From Marsupella aquatica (Eukaryota > Plantae > Marchantiophyta): a DNA stretch of 64,000 nt. A program made the position numbers and the translations under genes. Where the stretch lies: NCBI GenBank assembly GCA_973895155.1, contig OZ316892.1, positions 23,165,168-23,229,167 of the forward strand, given 5' to 3'. Positions 51,149-63,483 of the stretch are shown here, piece after piece (position 1 is the first letter of the stretch; every line of letters starts with the position of its first letter). Below the pieces are notes generated by a model. The model had not been told where the DNA came from and made no database searches. It worked only from the letters and a program-made list of their open reading frames with translations.

Positions 51149-54100
51149 ATATTTTTTGTCTATCCTTGGTAATAGCATCCACACTTATACTTCCAATCAG
51201 GCCCTGCAACGGGGGGAGATGAGAGTCTGACTTGCTTAGGATTGTGGGTTGGGGGGGGTGGGTGTATTTTGTGGCTTGCACCCAAGGACAGCATCCTGAT
51301 TTTCTTCCAGGCACAGTCTCAACTCAAAATAATGTCTGGCATTTAGAACTGCTGTTTTGCCCAGTTGCCAAACACATATTCCCAGCCTTGGCAAAAGACA
51401 TCTAAATTGCCTATGCTTCCACATGTTCTCATCCTACACAGCCTCAATTTCCCACAGTCTTCAATTTCCCTGCTCTCACTTGGGCTGTGTGACAGGATCT
51501 CCACCCAAGAGCTTCAAGGATGCAGGGCTGAAGGACAGCCATTGTGGGAACCATCGTGCAATCAGTTTCTTCTCTTCGGGGAGGTAACTTTACAGGCTTT
51601 GAGTCGCCCCTGCAAAATTGTCCCAATAGCAGCACAGCCAGGAGACCATTGAGCATGCTCTGAGCACCCTACGGCTGTAATTGTTATGGGACCAATCTCT
51701 CTCTAGTTTCATTTTATCCAGACAATACATGACATAGAGAGTAGATGCTTGATAGTCAATCCTCAGTATGAACTTCCAAAGTTGCAATCTCAAGTTGCAT
51801 TGGAAAAATAATTGGACAGTTTAGTAGCTAAGTCAATGTGCTTTCCTAAATTAATAGCAACTCAACATCATGGTTTACATGGATGTGTCTGGTAACTCGT
51901 CTAAGGCGGCTGGGTTTGGAGCTACACTCTTTGCAGTATTTATTCTTACACACTCTATTTAATGTGAGTTTATATTTGGGGTGGGTGACTGTAATTAGTG
52001 TGTGCGACACTAATATGGTATACTTTTCCTTGAAATTCAAGGGCTATCTCTAATTAATGTGTGTGAAACTAATTGTTAAGTGACACTAAATACTATAAAA
52101 GTGTACTTTTTAGGTTCTAGTCTACTCCCTGAAAATGAACTGAAACAAACAACCCCAGTGGCACGGGGGGAAACTGGACTGTAATTTCAGTAATTGGGTT
52201 TTTCTGTAGATTCAGGTGGGTCTTTGTCTGATAATCATCAATGACTTCAAATGTATCTGGCAAGTGGTCAGCTAACGATATGGAATAAAGTGTTCAATTT
52301 TGTCCACTCCTCTCTGATTTATTAGTCCTCTATTTCTGAAGGTGTATGTGTACCCTTTGAGGAGACCGGTTCTTTTCCTAGATTTTATTTCCCAGAATGA
52401 TGGCTATTGTATGTTTTTGGAGAGGCCCTTTCTTTCCCCAATCCCCATATTCTATTTCGCAAAGAACTATAGTCCTGACAAACTGAAACGTTTGACCCCG
52501 CGTTTGACCTGACAACTCCCATACACCAAGTAAGCTACCAGACCAGTTTCATTTTTGGCTAAAATTCTCTACTATTTTGCTGTTTTATTAGCCAGTGTCC
52601 CACCTAATCCCACCTAATCATAGGTCCCATTAGTCAGAATCTAACAGTCATCTTTAAATATAGGAGATTGATGGTCAAGGAAAATACTCAGATAATAAAT
52701 ATTTTAAGCATTTCTCCTTCACACACTCTGGAGGTTGGCCACTCTGGCAGAAAAGTAAAAACGTTAAAAAACTACGCTGATTGTAGTCCCTATCCCCAGC
52801 TATTGTGGACGCCTTATCCCCGGCTTCTGGCTCAGTGTCTTTTTAAGACAGCGTGTGTCTGACACACTAGAAAGGGCTCATTCGCCATTCTTTGGAGGGT
52901 AGAAACTGCTGGCTTTCAGGCCTCACAGCAAATTCCTCTTTGTACCTTTAGTAGGGTCTTGTTCTATTGCAGTTGTAGGGGGCTCCCGGGCTCCTTGGCT
53001 CTTCTCTCTTCCTGAGGTTTTTTCCTTCTGTTCCCTCCTTTGTTGGGTCTCTGGTCTCCAGATTCATGTCTCCTGACTTGGCGTATTTTGTTCTTTGAGA
53101 TAGTTATATTGATAATATGGGTTTATGTGGCAAGAAGTCTGCACCTTGACCTGAGTGAGAGGAAACCATCCCACTATTAGCCCCCTCTCTCGTTGTTTCC
53201 CTTCCACTTCAATGGTGTCACTCCTCTATGTGTCTCCTCAAACCTGCAAGAAAATACCAATGGTTAATCCATACTACAACCAGTCGGAGGAAAAGCTGGT
53301 AGTAATTGAAATTTGCTGTCAGAACCCAATTTTGCAAAAATTGACACTGCCCCAAATCATTTTTGCCATCAACTACGGATTTGATGTGCACCTTGGCTAA
53401 GCATAGAGTGAAAATAAGCAATATTTGTCAGCACCTAACTGACTATGCACATTCAATCGCTGGACTCCCGAGTCATGAGAGTCCGAGTTCACCAGAAATG
53501 TTGGATTGGATAAGAGGGCATTAGCCAGTACTGTGTGGGGGGAAGTCCTAGATTCTTCAGATAGCTTGGTGCCTTTACTAAATTTGCGTGCCAAGCTATA
53601 GTAGTTGATTAGGTTATTGTACATAATTGTATTGCATGCCTGTGTAGGCAGCCATGGTCACCCACATTGCATTCATTCTCAGTGGGAGGGATTTGAGTAG
53701 CTCCAATCAAGATACTTTACAGCAAGAATCTGGTTGCAAAGAATGAGCAATTGCCAAAATCAGCATTCACCAAATTAAGCATTTTCCAGTGAGACAAACC
53801 AAGGGAGTAGCCCCAACTGTCAGCAATGTTGTGCTGTTGTGTCCGCCAGTTTCACTCATGTAAAAGATATGGAACGAATTTTCTCCAGTAATCTCCAACA
53901 ACAAATTTCACAAATTGCAATCTCAAGTTGCATTCCAAATATGAAACTGCTATATGGTGAATGCACCTTCCAGTATTTTGTCTTATTCAAACTTCATTTT
54001 TTAATGTATTTTTAATCCAATGTGTCTTACCAAGGTGCATCCCTTGTATAGTTTAGATTTTGAATTTATTCTGGCACCCCTCTAAATTTTTTAGTCTTTG

Positions 54101-54285
54101 CTATATTTGATTATTTGATCATCCACTCTATAACAAAGTTCATTACCTAAGGTAAGTACATAAGTATCTCTACTGGTGTACAATATGTGCACCAACCAAT
54201 ACCATAGATTTAAACTTTTCCTGTTCATTACTATTGTTCTTTACATGTGTGCTTTTACTCTTGTACTTTATGGGCACAACTTTTC

Positions 54286-54644
54286 ATTCAGCGCGATCCC
54301 CAGTCTCGATGCACATTAATGCATCGAGGCAGGACAATTACAGTAACGTGAGCCTACTTACATGTGATTACCAGTTTGGGGAGTCAGTGAGATTTTTGGG
54401 CAGCGTGTCCCTTGTCATTCTCTTTTTCTGGGCACCTGTTCCGAAGGGCCAGCCTGAGCTGTCCCTTGCCGTTCTCTTTTTTCTGGACACCTGTTCCGAA
54501 GGGCCAGACCGGGCTGTCCCAATCACCTTGCCAAAGCATTCCGGGCCCATTTCAGCCGCCCGCCCAAACCCCAAGTCCTCACGGCTGGCTACCTTCGACA
54601 CAGTCGCCCCCTGGCCTTGTCCAAGTTGTATGTACATGGAATCC
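54286..54644 (+). repeat. Left TIR
   Basis: Reverse complement of 63125-63483; contains palindrome CTCGATGCA-CATTAA-TGCATCGAG and a ~53-bp tandem repeat. Confidence 0.97.
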
Positions 54645-54915
54645 TACTTTGTCAAAATTCACCATCACTGTGTACGCATTCAAACACGAGTACACTTTGT
54701 TTTGAGCGGGATTGGAATGGCAGAGAACATGTGTCTAGTCTGCAGAGTTCCTTGTGGTGGCAGAATGTAAGGAATCCTACACCTTCCCTGCCACAACATG
54801 CACACTTCCGCGTGAGGAATGGAATGTTGTGCGAATTTCCAGTTTGTCATTCATGTTCCCTGTGTCCCGTGTGCAGTTGCCTCGTGCTAACTGCTGAGAG
54901 CACTCGACCGGTGTG

Positions 54916-57900
54916 ATGTCTACAACATCTGCGTCGACACATTTACAGCAGGAATGGGAAGTCCCGTGCAATGGAAACACTTCACCCCATACTGGGCCTA
55001 TGCCAATGTCCGATGCTTTTTTGCAGCAAAGGATGGTCGCCTTCAACAATGGAAAGGAATTTCCGCCGATACACTGTTTCGACGAAGGGCTCCATGAATT
55101 TAAGGTCGCGGCAATGGAAAATGCTGTCCAACATGCACTGGATGGCATTGAACAGCATGTGCGAGACCTGAATTTTGATGAGGATGCAGAAATTCAGCTC
55201 GATTCCCTTCCACGGAAATGTCCTACCATACGCAGAAGCCACTGTACCTACTCAACATGTGATAGAATTCAGATTCCGCCTCCTGGGGAATTTGAATATA
55301 CTGCTCTTCAATGGTTTGGATCAAAAGAGGATTACGCTTGGATTCCTGAGGCTAGGCTTACAGATTTTATATGGGGTGAAAACATGCGAGACAATTTCCA
55401 CACTCAGTTCACCACCCGACACATGGTGGAGAACCGAATCTACAAAACTGGCCCTTTGGTGAAGACCACAACTTTATATTGCTGCTACTTTGGTCCGGAA
55501 GATTACCGAGGCTGGAAATCAACCAAGGTCCCTGATAAACTCAAATCAAAGGAGGCAGACATTTTTCTAAAGAGAAAAATTTTAACAGGTGACTTGAATT
55601 AGAATTACTCTACTTTTGTGATTCAGTTCATTCTGCTCATTTTTGTCTTTCACCATTGTTTACTATAACAGTGCTTTTTGTTTGCATGTTTTTCCCCCTG
55701 TCTAGCATGCAGGGATGTCTGTCCGCCGTGGATGCAGATGTTCATTTACTTCTACCAAATTTGAGGATCGTCCAGGGGCTGTATTGATCAGATGGATCCG
55801 CAAAGATCATTTGGACAGACAGAATTTGGTTTGCCATGGCCTGCAAGATTCCATTGCCTTGAAGCAAATGCACACATAGCCCCAAGAATTTCATTGAAGC
55901 TACGGACTAAAATAGAACACTACCTGAGGGCAGTTTGACAGCCAGGGCAATTGTTGATGCTCACTTCGAAGAGATTCTTACAAGATGGCGGAAAGATCAC
56001 CCGGACGAGGATGCAGATGTCATCATGTCCAGGGATATGCAGCTTACTCCACGAGATGTCCAAACTGTGAGGGATTCTATGCGACGGCGGCAACCGGATT
56101 ACTGCTTTGACGAAGCACAAGCTATACAATTGTGGGTCGTTCAAAATGGTGACCAAGTTTTGTTATATCAGCCACAGATGAAATTGGAAAACCAGCCTTT
56201 CATCCTCATGTGGTCGTCTCCTTGGCAGCAAAAGAAGCTAGCTCAACTGGGTCATGAAGGACCTGTTGCATTTGATGCAACTTTTGGCACCAATCACTTT
56301 GGTGTAAGCTCACTGGAATTTGTTATATTGCCGTGGAGAATTTTAGTGATTGTTTGTTATGTATTAAATTTAATTTATGTAAGTAATGTTACACCCCTGC
56401 TTATTACTTTCTTTCTTATTTGTTGCAGTTCTCCTTTTACACGGTGGTGGTCTTCGATGCATTTCAGAATGCCATTCCTATAGCATTTGCTCTGTTGCAA
56501 ACCTACGGAGCCCTGCAAGTCAGTCAAATCTTGACGGCTTTGAAAAATTGTGTCAATGCCAGGAGGGCACATCTCAGTTTACCTGTAACTTGGACTCCTA
56601 ATTGTTGGATTATCGATGTAGCAGATGAGGAACAAGCCGCTATCAGGTATAGTAATTTCTTGTTTTGAAGCACTGTTCAATCTAACCACTTGAGAACTGA
56701 ATTTTAACAGCATACATGATGGCATGTGTACAGACAGGTGTTTCCAAAAGTGCATATAACATTTTGCACATGGCATGTTCGACGTGCTTGGACAAAAAAT
56801 ATAATCACAAAAGTCTTCTGCCCATTTGCCAAAGCCCAGATCAATGCACATTTGGGAGCAATAATGTATTCCGAAGGGACTGGTAAGTTTATTTGCTTAT
56901 AATTGCTGCCACTTCTTTGCTTATTATTGCTGGCATGGGATCCATATGAATCGTATTTTTTGAGGGTTGTATACGTGCTACTCATGTTCAGTGCTAACAT
57001 ATTACTTCACAGACATCACAGAAGAGTCGGAAGCATTTATGGATCGGTGGGTTGACAGCCAACCCATTTTTGTTGCTTACTACAAAAGAGAGTGGCACAA
57101 CAAGGTTTGCTCCTGGGCAGTGAAGTTAAGAGGGTATCATCATGCCAACCAGAATACAAACGGGGGTATCAAGCGATGGCACCACACTCTGAAAATGGAG
57201 TTGAAGGCGGGTAGATATAGCATAACAGGTCGGTCAATACCATGGCTACTTGGTTGTATGAGAGTCCTAGAGAATCACTATTGGTGTATTGTTGCAGAAA
57301 AGTTCCAGGGTCGCATCAGGAACAAGACAATCGAGCAGCTTGTGCATAAGTCTCTCAATAGAGCCAAAGCAATCCTAGATGATTACGTGCAGACATTCGA
57401 CTGTGGGGTGGCCAAATGTGCATGTGTTCGTAGCACCTCCTCAAACAATCCTCAGCCCAAGGAACATCTCGTCACGGACTGGGACAAAGATAGTTGCGGA
57501 TGTACTTGTGGCTTCTCATTACAGGGAAACGCATGCAAGCATCAGGTAAGAACAGCCGCATCTCGTGTTATATGTTTGTGAACAGTACATGTGCACTATG
57601 GGCACAAACTTCATTTGCATTCTTACCTGGGTTGCATGTGTTCATGTGCAGATAAAAGTTCTGTTGCTTACAAAGAAGATGACAGAGTTGGAAATTCTCC
57701 ATCAACTTGGAACGAAAATGGGGTCATTTTTGGGTGGGCTTCATCATCACTTCAACGTAGCACATGGGGAAGGGTCAGAATTGCCTACGCAGGTTGGCAA
57801 TGTCAGTCTGATGTATGATGCGGCGGATATGTGGATGGCACTACCTGAAGGCGCATCACAGGTTGATGATCTTACTCCGCCCTTGGACGAGTACCAACTG

Positions 57901-58413
57901 GTTCTCGCGACATGTTACAATCAGATCTCATATCACCCGACCCTTGCCAAACAAGGCTTGATTGAGTTGAAGCATTGGATGGAGTCTTTGTTAGTGAGAG
58001 AGGCACAACAAAATGTTGCAAGGCTGGAGTCTGAATCGGGCCTTCAAAAGCTTACTCCAACTGAGGGTGCAGATAGATCTATCGTCCCCAAACGTGGTTG
58101 GGTCGACAAAATGATGAGTGCAAAGGGAAGACGCAAACGCAAGGAGAAAGTTGTCAATGACATTTGCAACAAAGAGAATGAAGACCCGCGTCCTAAGGAC
58201 CCGCGGAATATGGTGCGTGGGCACAACGTCCCCAATAAACTACATATTAAACAGAAAGAGAAGGCTTTATCATTCCAAGCTAAGTTCGATAAGGAATCCA
58301 TGGAAGCCTTGGGGGAGATGTGTGCAGCCATCATAGACCACAATGCTATGAAGGTGAATGGGAAATTGTCGAAGTCCGTCACATCAAGGGCATCCAAGAC
58401 TAGAAAAAACTGA
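54916..58413 (+). pseudogene. Spliced MULE-type DDE transposase with SWIM zinc finger; exons ~54916-55588, 55713-56303, 56429-56646, 56734-56882, 57013-57545, 57652-58413
   Basis: YCCYFGPEDY / RRGCRCSF..H..LVCHG (WRKY/FAR1-like zinc finger); VAFDATFGTNHFG-FSFYTVVVFDAFQNAIPIAF; WIIDVADEEQAAIR; FCTWHVRRAW; TNGGIKRWHHTLK (catalytic E apparently mutated to K); SWIM CTCGFSLQGNACKH. GT-AG junctions are in phase; two frameshifts at ~55865 and ~55933. Confidence 0.9.
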
Positions 58414-58799
58414 TCTGCTGCACCCTTCCCGTTGTGCACCGCCTTAACCCAGGCTTCTCAATCTGGAGTCCTTCAAGCACCTGCGATTGCAGCCAACATG
58501 GACATTCTTGAATGATGAAATCCACATTGGCTGTAGCCAGACCTGGGCTACGTCGCCGTCTTTCCCCAAAATCTTACATGCGTTCTCGTCAGGATTGACA
58601 TCTGACAAAGAAGCAACCGCTCCTAAGGAATCCCCAATAGTGTCGATTGTGGATGAATAGTGCCGTCAATTGTTAATTCCATACATTTATTTGGCACCAT
58701 ATGCTATGGTAATTTCATTTGCAGCTTGGTTCTATCTCAGGAGTGTGCATCATATATGAGTATATAGTGATGGCATGATTGTATGCATGTATACCATAA

Positions 58800-61700
58800 A
58801 TCTACGGGCTCGCAAAGTGTTTACACACACGTGGTGTTGTTGCCTGGTCGGTCGTGCCGTGCATGGGGTCGCAAATCAGACATGAACTTCATTTCCTTTG
58901 AGCACAAGCGTTCGTACTGGTCTGATTGAAATGGAATATACGTCTTTACTCATAGTTCCGGGTCATGCGCGCCTTACGAATGCCTTACTAGGCAACAAAG
59001 ATATTTGCATTCAGAATATGAAATCCCGGTATCTTTTATTACTGAGGAATCCATACAATAATGATCTCGTCTATGTATCATTGCCTACGTAACTTTTCAA
59101 AACCTGTGCAAGTTGGGATAGTGTAACCTAAAGAGTGCACCAATGGACAAAAGTAACATGTAGCATGCTCCTTACTACACTACATTTCTGAAAATTTCAG
59201 CCGCATCTTCGTCAAGACAACGTTCCTCGTCCTTTCTATCAGCATCGGACTCCTCTATTGGCTTGTCGTCTGATGTGTCAGTCCACATAGCCTCCAGCAA
59301 AACCTACACTTGAACACATAATGTTAATGAATACATTTGACCACTTTCATCGCAAAGTAAACCATCCACGCAATGAAAGGCTGTAAAAGTGAAAAGTGAA
59401 AATATGAATTACCTGGTCCATTGCAAAATCTTCAGTACAAGACAAATTCGTCTTGTATATGGCCACTACGTTGGGTATGTAACATTGAATCGCATGAGCC
59501 TTGTTGCCCTCCTTCCAAACCTTGTACTCCTTTTCCCCAAGACTCTGATAAATTGCCCATCCGTGTTCCTCATCCCAAAGTAGACTATCACGCTTTGTAC
59601 GCATCCAATTCAAAGCATCATCACACATGTATTGTCGAGACTGCCCCATCGCATAATCGAGCAAATGAGCATCAATTGAGGGTTGAATTGGTTCAAAAAA
59701 ATTGCTCATGACTGTAGCTAGTCGGTTCAGCCTTCCAAGTTGAAACTCGTCTAAGTGTCCGTAGGCACTATGCTCCGCAACGGACAAAGCTCTGGTGTTC
59801 CAGGAAGCTACGGTCGAGGAATGTGGGCATTGCGCAAGTAAGGATTGCAAGCAGGCCCAATGAGTCTCCTTGAGAAGACTGTCCCACACCTGGAAGCCAA
59901 TTGTTGGCATGATCAACTCAAAGAACATGATAAACATAGGTTCAGATGGAACTGTTGGCGGGGGGTTTCTTGCACGATTGTCTTCAAACTGGATGACGTA
60001 CTTGGTGTGAGTCATCGCCCTGGACCACAAATTGCATTTACTTCCAGTCAGTACATGGTGGCCACGGGAGACAACAATAATGCAATTCAAACTACATTCA
60101 AGATATGAGGGACCTTTGTCGAGTGATGTATGTACTTCACCCGTTTTTTGGCAATGCTCCATATTTTTCGTAGTGTTCCCCTCACGTCATAGTAATTGGA
60201 GGACAACTGCGGTCCTGCTTGCTTCAGTGTCGCACCATTCACTGGAACAACATGTTTTGTATAGAAGGATCGGGGAGTCCCTTCAATGACGAGCCCATGC
60301 TTCTTGAAAACATGGCACCCATATGTGCGACGGTTATTGAAACGCACATTCCTGCACGGCAATGTCTTGCACACAGTGCCACTGCCAAGACGAGAAAAAT
60401 GCACTCCCTCTTTAGCTTGGCTTGTGAGTTGTGACTCCTGATCAGAAACAAAAGCAGGAATTGATTTGAGTCAAAGGTGTTGCCACTCACACACATAATT
60501 TAATTGCAAGGTCTGAGTTGACTGACAGTTTGCAACTTACCAATTTGCAAATTGCGCATGCTTGGGGCAGTTGGACACACTTGCACAAAGATCCACGGGA
60601 GGGATCCAAATTCCCTCCCTCAGTCGAAGGTACATGGCCAGGAGGGTTGCTGTCATTGCGGGTTGGTCTATTTTGGGCTGGATCGAGAAGCGAGTCATGG
60701 TTGGCAGTGTGGGTTTTCGTGATGTATGTTATATTGAACCCCAACATACGACTTCCGTCTCTTCCCAATAGTCCTTTGTACCATTTTGGAAGGACTCGGC
60801 AGTGTCACTGCCATAACCTGGGTGCCATCCTCGCAATCATTGACTTCAATGGGTTTAGATGACTGATCCTGCTGGACCAATGGTGGGTTCTCAAGTAGCA
60901 ACCGTTGACGTGGTTCGGTTAGGATTGCCATAGGGAGCACTGGCACATCCGTATCCCCATCCACCTCTGATGATTGGGGATTGCGCACAGTGGGTTCAAT
61001 CATTGCCAGCCTAAGAGCCTGAAATGGGAGCACGTGCAATACGTGAGTCTGCTCATACTCTACGTGGTGTGACTAAGTAAATATTCATGAAGTAATTCAT
61101 GAGCGAGTAGTACCTGGGCCTTTGTTCGTGGCATTATATCTTCACACCTGCAATCAATATATGAATTGTGAAATGAATCATAGCGGGAATGAAAGACAAT
61201 TACATTATTTACAGTACTGACAAAGTCAGAGTGACATGGACTTACACTGTACATTGCAATGTCATATCCACTGAAATGCAAATTGTTGCATTACAATATA
61301 CATTTTGGTGGGACCACAATATAGACCATTCATTCTTGCAATGGCTCCGGACAGTGAAGGGCATGAAAGTGGACGCATGCATAAAACTGCACACGACAGT
61401 CCACACTATACATAGGAATCCATTTTGAGTATCAGCAAAAAAAAACTCCATCCGCATAGATTACAGAGTAGTAAGGATGACAAACTCTTTGACTTTGATC
61501 AAAATGTAAAGTTTTGTTTGATCCTCACACATAGTCAATCACCACGGCATGAGTTCAACCTTGTGTCATATTGCATACACTTGCAACAGAGCAACACGAC
61601 CGAGGCTACTTGCAAAACCAAAATGGCTACATGTATGTATGTTTGCCTAGAACAAGTCTAAACTATCCCTTCCGACCCGAGTACACATCTAGGGATGCAC

Positions 61701-61850
61701 TGAAAGCTTCTGCTAATTGTCAAACAATGGATGACATGGTGCCTTGCTGGATGTCATCCATGTGTTCATTCCCTTGTTCTAGTTGTACCACGTCTGACAC
61801 TTCTTCGACACTTGATGTAGTTGTGGCATACGATGCTGCCTTGGATTCTC
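58800..61850 (-). pseudogene. Unknown multi-exon cargo gene of the MULE, partly degenerate
   Basis: Coding-like blocks at ~61017-60620, ~60438-60140 and ~60020-59414 (ending FAMDQ|GTAATT), plus an in-phase exon ~59303-59184 (VLLEAMWTDTSDDKPIEESDADRKDEERCLDEDAAEIFRN) and a further acceptor TTGCACAG at ~59104. No recognisable domain; outer limits approximate. Confidence 0.55.
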
Positions 61851-62321
61851 GGGGGTCTCACTATATGGGGACCTCCCCATCGCCTGCAACGTTTTTAGGC
61901 CTCGGACCCCCTAAATGTATGAATTTTTTTTAATTTTTTAACCCCTATAAAGTTAGAATATTCTTAGAATATTCTAAAAATTGGATTAAAAAGACCCTAA
62001 TATTCTTATAAGTCTCAAAATTGAATTTAAAAGATCCTATTGTTCTTCTACAAAAATTCTTAAGTCTTCCCTTAGAACCAATAAAATGACCCTATCCTTC
62101 GTCGCACGTGATATGTCATTTTTGTGGAAGTGAAACCCCCGAGCTTGGATTCGGTTACAGGTGATTGTTTTGGCACTAGTAAGTTGGCGGAGGACACTAT
62201 GGTAGCAGACGTTGGTGCAGTGGTGTTGAATTGAGTTGCATTAGATTGGGTGCGTCGCTGACTGGAAGCGCATAGGCCGGGCGACAAGTGTGGAGCTCCC
62301 AATCCCTGTCGCCGCGGAGTC

Positions 62322-62852
62322 CTAGTCTAGGTCCATAGACGAGATTGTGCCAAAGTACTGCTTTGAAGAAACAATTTCCAACTCATGGATAGACAAAATA
62401 CCACGATTAATCCAAAACCTGACATTGCAAAGTGGTGCGTCCTTGATGGAATCGTGCATGACCTGAAATTGATCTATCGGCTCCATACAAGCTAGGGCAG
62501 GCGCAGATAGTTGCACTAAGTCTCTTGCAGCATCCCAAATTGCAGCTCTCAAAGCAGGCTTGCCAGAATGCGAATGCAAGGTAGCATCAATTAACAACAC
62601 CTCGAAACAGAAAAATTCACTGTAATGTCCACTCTGTAAAGCGTCGTGCTCACAATGGTTCACTCTAGGACCTTCGATTGAGATTTTACATAAACCTCTT
62701 GGGACGACCTCAGTACAGCCTCGATACACAAATTTCTTGGGGAAAGGATTGGCGGCGATAAAGTTCATTACCACAATAGTACATGGACCCAAAAAACCTG
62801 TGTCCTCTCTCATTACTGCATTGTGCACATCGAACAGGGTTGTCATCGACAT
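62322..62852 (-). CDS. Small RPA70 C-terminal (DBD-C) OB-fold-like protein, MULE cargo
   Basis: FVYRGC-X8-CK..-C-EH...FCFEVLLIDAT...LRAAIWDAARDLVQLSAPAL matches the RPA1 DBD-C pattern Y.AC..C.KK...C..C...Y.L...I.D.T...W...F...A..L.G.SA..L. Intact ORF; the start could lie further upstream. Confidence 0.65.
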   Translation of the reverse strand: MSMTTLFDVHNAVMREDTGFLGPCTIVVMNFIAANPFPKKFVYRGCTEVVPRGLCKISIEGPRVNHCEHDALQSGHYSEFFCFEVLLIDATLHSHSGKPALRAAIWDAARDLVQLSAPALACMEPIDQFQVMHDSIKDAPLCNVRFWINRGILSIHELEIVSSKQYFGTISSMDLD

Positions 62853-63124
62853 TGCCTTACCAAATGAAATAATCCCTTGCTGTACTCCTCCGGATGACAC
62901 GGACCACGAACGTTGCTTCTGACTTCAATCTTTGCAGGAATGGAAGCACACTGCAGATGGCAAAACTTGCTGGAATGCTCGATGCACCTCACCACTCAAT
63001 GCCTAGGCAAAAGTAATGAGTGCGACAGACAGTAATACAATAGGTCAGGAGAATTGAGTATGGCGGGAATTGTCAAAACTAGTATGCAAGAGTGTCGATG
63101 TTCACTCATTTTTTATACGAGTAT

Positions 63125-63483
63125 GGATTCCATGTACATACAACTTGGACAAGGCCAGGGGGCGACTGTGTCGAACGTAGCCACCCGCGAGGACTTGGGG
63201 TTTGGGCGGGTGGCTGAAATGGGCCCAGAATGCTTTGGCAAGGCGATAGGGACAGCCCGGTCTGGCCCTTCGGAACAGGTGTCCAGAAAAAAGAGAATGG
63301 CAAGGGACAGCTCGGTCTGGCCCTTTGGAACAGGTGCCCAGAAAAAGAGAACGACAAGGGACACGCTGCCCGAAAATCTCACTGACTCCCCAAACTGGTA
63401 ATCACATGTAAGTAGGCTCGCGTTATTGTAATTGTCCTGCCTCGATGCATTAATGTGCATCGAGACTGGGGATCGCGCTGAAT
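63125..63483 (-). repeat. Right TIR
   Basis: Reverse complement of 54286-54644. Confidence 0.97.

Larger units (their letters stand above)
54286..63483 (+). mobile_element. 9.2-kb Mutator-like (MULE/SWIM) DNA transposon with long TIRs and cargo genes
   Basis: 359-bp TIRs at 54286-54644 and 63125-63483 (~15 mismatches by manual count, mostly transitions at CG sites); flanking AACTTTTC / AGCTTTTC TSD (8 bp, or 10 bp CAACTTTTCA/TAGCTTTTCA); internal transposase gene. Confidence 0.93.

Noticed and set aside
51240-53940. Shared TTGCAATCTCAAGTTGCATT at ~51782 and ~53915, possibly old LTRs
   Set aside because: Similarity is short and patchy; no TG..CA ends, PBS, PPT or internal domains.
54234-54770. 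Paired ORFs mirrored at 63054-63499
   Set aside because: Translations of the TIRs, not genes.
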